Source of the DNA: Hypanus sabinus
Lineage: Eukaryota
Direction: 5' to 3'
NCBI RefSeq assembly: GCF_030144855.1
Contig: NC_082711.1
Coordinates: forward strand, 149,668,001-149,732,000
DNA: 64,000 nucleotides
The notes beneath the pieces are model-generated. The model was not told the origin of the DNA. It saw only the letters and a list, made by a program, of their open reading frames with translations, and ran no database searches. The translations under genes and the position numbers were made by a program. This document shows, piece by piece, positions 61,051-64,000 of the stretch (position 1 is the first letter of the stretch; every line of letters begins with the position of its first letter).

Positions 61051-64000
61051 ACCTTCATGTAAATTGAGGATCTTGCAAATCCAACTTTTATCCGCAATAT
61101 TATCCTGCGGTACACTAAAGCAAGTAAGTACTGAGGGAACATAAGGACAAGATGGAGGATTAAGTTTGAACCAGTCTTGGAATAGAATAAAGCTATGGCA
61201 CATAACCCGTATTATAACAAAATTAGTCATAAATATAACATTCATGTTAAGCTAAAATAGAATTTGTTGAAGAGTACAGCAAGTGTATAATGTTGCAAGC
61301 TATGAACAGTTTCTATTACTTGCAGATTGCTGTGGCAGTGAAGAAACATTGCCACAATATGTATTGTACTGTATCTACTTACTTAAAGTGACTGAATAAG
61401 AGATCATGTTTTAAGTGTATCCAAAATTTTTCCAATTTAGCTTTTCCCCCCAAAAGTCCTAAAAAGTACAGATTATCATCTATTTAGCTTAAACTCTTAC
61501 TTTAAAGATGGTAAGCAACATAGGACAGAAACAAAAATAGATGAAACATCAGTTGTAAGTTGGAGCAGTGAGATTTTGCTGCATTGCAATACAAAGTAGA
61601 TGGGATCCGGGACCTGATAGCACTGTGGATAGAACATAATGATTGATCTGAGAGATAAATCTCCGAGTTTAGTTACAGCTCAATATTCAGCTTGGCTTGA
61701 TTTAGCTTGGAGAAGTTTGGCTCAGATCACGGGGAGCAACCCTCATGGTTTATCGGCGCAGGATCCCTTTTGCAGAGAGGAAAGGTACAGAGCTTTTGGT
61801 GTAAAAATGTTGGGAGCCCAGCTGGAGTGAAATACCAGTGATGGGTAGCATTCGAAAAAGGGTCATGGGATTTGTAAATGTCTAAATGGCATACAACACT
61901 GTGCAAGGGCAGGTATAAAGCAGATTCCATGCAACACACCCAAAAAATTGTGGCCAGATTCTGATTATTATCATCCTGATTTTTCACTTAAAGCCTAATT
62001 TTAAAGGTAAATTCATTTTTACTGACAGTATGCCAGAAGACAGCAAATTCTTAGTTGCTTTTTACGGTTAAAACAAAGTTCAGTGGGGAGGGGAGAGTGG
62101 AATGAAATGGTATAGAAAAACCATGTTCATGACAAAGTGGGAAATAATTTAAATCACAATAAAAACCAAATTTGTACGGCAGGGAGAGATTTTCACATTC
62201 AGACACAATGAGTTTTAATATTTACGGCATACTGCCGCAGGAGAAAGAACCATTTTCAGTCTACACTACGGTCAGCAGCTGTCATATTTATAGCTGCGAA
62301 CTAGCGGGCTGTCCTGAAGCAAAATGTTTCTCTGGATTTCAGGTGAAGTTTACTGATGTAGGTAAAAACTCAATTTTGCAAGAACACTATTCAAAAGCAC
62401 ATTGGTTTTCAAGAAATACACAGGATTGCTGCAGACAAGCTCTTAAGGGTAATGAAAAGGGAATTCTCATAAAGTTGTTCAGCCTGTGGTCTGATACACA
62501 GAAGAAAATGTGCTGTGATTAAAAAATAAATTTGTCATGAATTATTAGCTTATAGTGAACATTAGTAAACCAAACTCATTGAATGTACGCTGATATTACA
62601 TAAAATTTAACTTCAGCCTGCCTTCTTCTGTTAATGAGCCCACACTGTTCACCTTCCCAGTGTATTCACAGCCATTAGTTTGCTGTATTACCTTTACAGA
62701 AGAAAAACTCATCATTATGTTGATATTTGTTGAGTGGCAAAACTGTGAGTCAGCATTTCTCAAGAGATAAGAACATGATCTGCATGAGTGAAAAAAATCC
62801 AGGCAATACTGATCGACTGTACTCTACAAGTGCTGCTTTAATATGAATACACGGCAAATACACAGTTGAATATTAAATTCATTCACACACTGGTCTCAAT
62901 CGTAACTATCATGATTTTGGGTAGTAAAGCTATTCAAATAAATATGTAAAATCTTTTCCACAATCAGATACAAATTTGTCACATTTTGAAACAAGCTTTT
63001 TACCTCCCCAGTCCTTAAAAAAAGATTGAATTTCCATCATTGTACACATAGGTTGAATATAACACACTAAATTACAAGGTCTAGCATTGACTGAAATGTT
63101 TTATGATGCTCTCAAGATATACAATGTACTATATAATGCAATTTTGTCCCACTCCAGTCCAGTAGGAAAAAAGGTTTCAGCATAGTTTCTATCATATCCC
63201 TGTAGCAGTATCCTGATAAATACATGCGACAGGATATCTTAAACATTTTTTCTCAGGAACATATTAAAAGTATTATGGAAATAGACTGGCTTTTGAAGCA
63301 CAAAGAGTAGGATAGAATAGTCCTATGTGACACACAGATGTGTTGGAAATACGAGTGAGTTTATAAACTTCACAAAATAGCCTCAAGGATGTTGCTTGTT
63401 ACAATATATGACGTGTTTAGATATATCATGAATCAAATTTTGGGTTTATTACATAAAGGCAAGATTCTGGAGGATACTATAAATATCAGCAGTATGTCAA
63501 GGGCAGTGTATCTTGCACCTTTGAAGGAAGCAAGTAAGCTAGTAGAAAGGGACTTAAATCCATTTAGGCACACTCATTCACTATTATGTCCAAGCTATAC
63601 TCAAAGGAAACCAACACACTACGGTGTTCGGCTTGTCACGGCCAATTGCAGTGTATGGTAGTGCGACAGCAAATATTTATTAAGGAGTACCAAGATCTAA
63701 TAATTAAATAGATTACCAATTAACCTTCAAGCCACAAGCTGCTCTGCCACTTAAAGTAGACCCAAAAGATTTAATTCTAAAGGCTTCACTGAAATATGTG
63801 AATGTAACCCTAACAAATTTACAAGAAAGAGAAAAAAACTCACTTTACTGAATGTTTACATTGTTTTAACAAATCATCATGTCCCAGTGAAGTATAAACA
63901 GACATGGCACTGCCCTGAACTCACCTTCAATATAACAGAGTGAAAACTGAAGACCCTTCCATGAATCAATATTCAATGTATAAATTGAATCCCTGACTAA

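Overview
Eukaryotic, repeat-rich, essentially non-coding vertebrate DNA. The repeat families (HE1/V-domain SINEs, DeuSINEs, CR1, Rex1/Babar, Penelope-type pLTRs) point to a cartilaginous fish, probably a ray (inference). I find no supportable host protein-coding gene; every ORF with recognisable protein motifs is a transposable-element fragment (CR1, RTE, Rex1/Babar, HERO, L1, hAT). The window looks like a large intron or gene desert with several AT-rich, homeodomain-motif-rich unique blocks (candidate conserved enhancers) and one CpG-enriched unique region at about 58.4-59.6 kb with exon-like splice signals. The best candidate for a 'system' is a family of short, often fold-back Penelope-derived elements carrying minimal hammerhead ribozymes. 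About 11 copies are present, and one (33724-33972) has a 14-bp TSD, 66-bp inverted arms and an intact catalytic core. Other notable structures are a solo LTR inside a hAT element inside a CR1, a HERO fragment inside a Tigger-like element inside a Penelope remnant, a doubly internally deleted L1, and a tRNA-headed SINE sharing a segment with a bipartite RTE element. These belong to known element classes; whether the specific families are undescribed needs a Dfam/Repbase search that I cannot run. Family assignments rest on recalled consensus motifs, not alignments.
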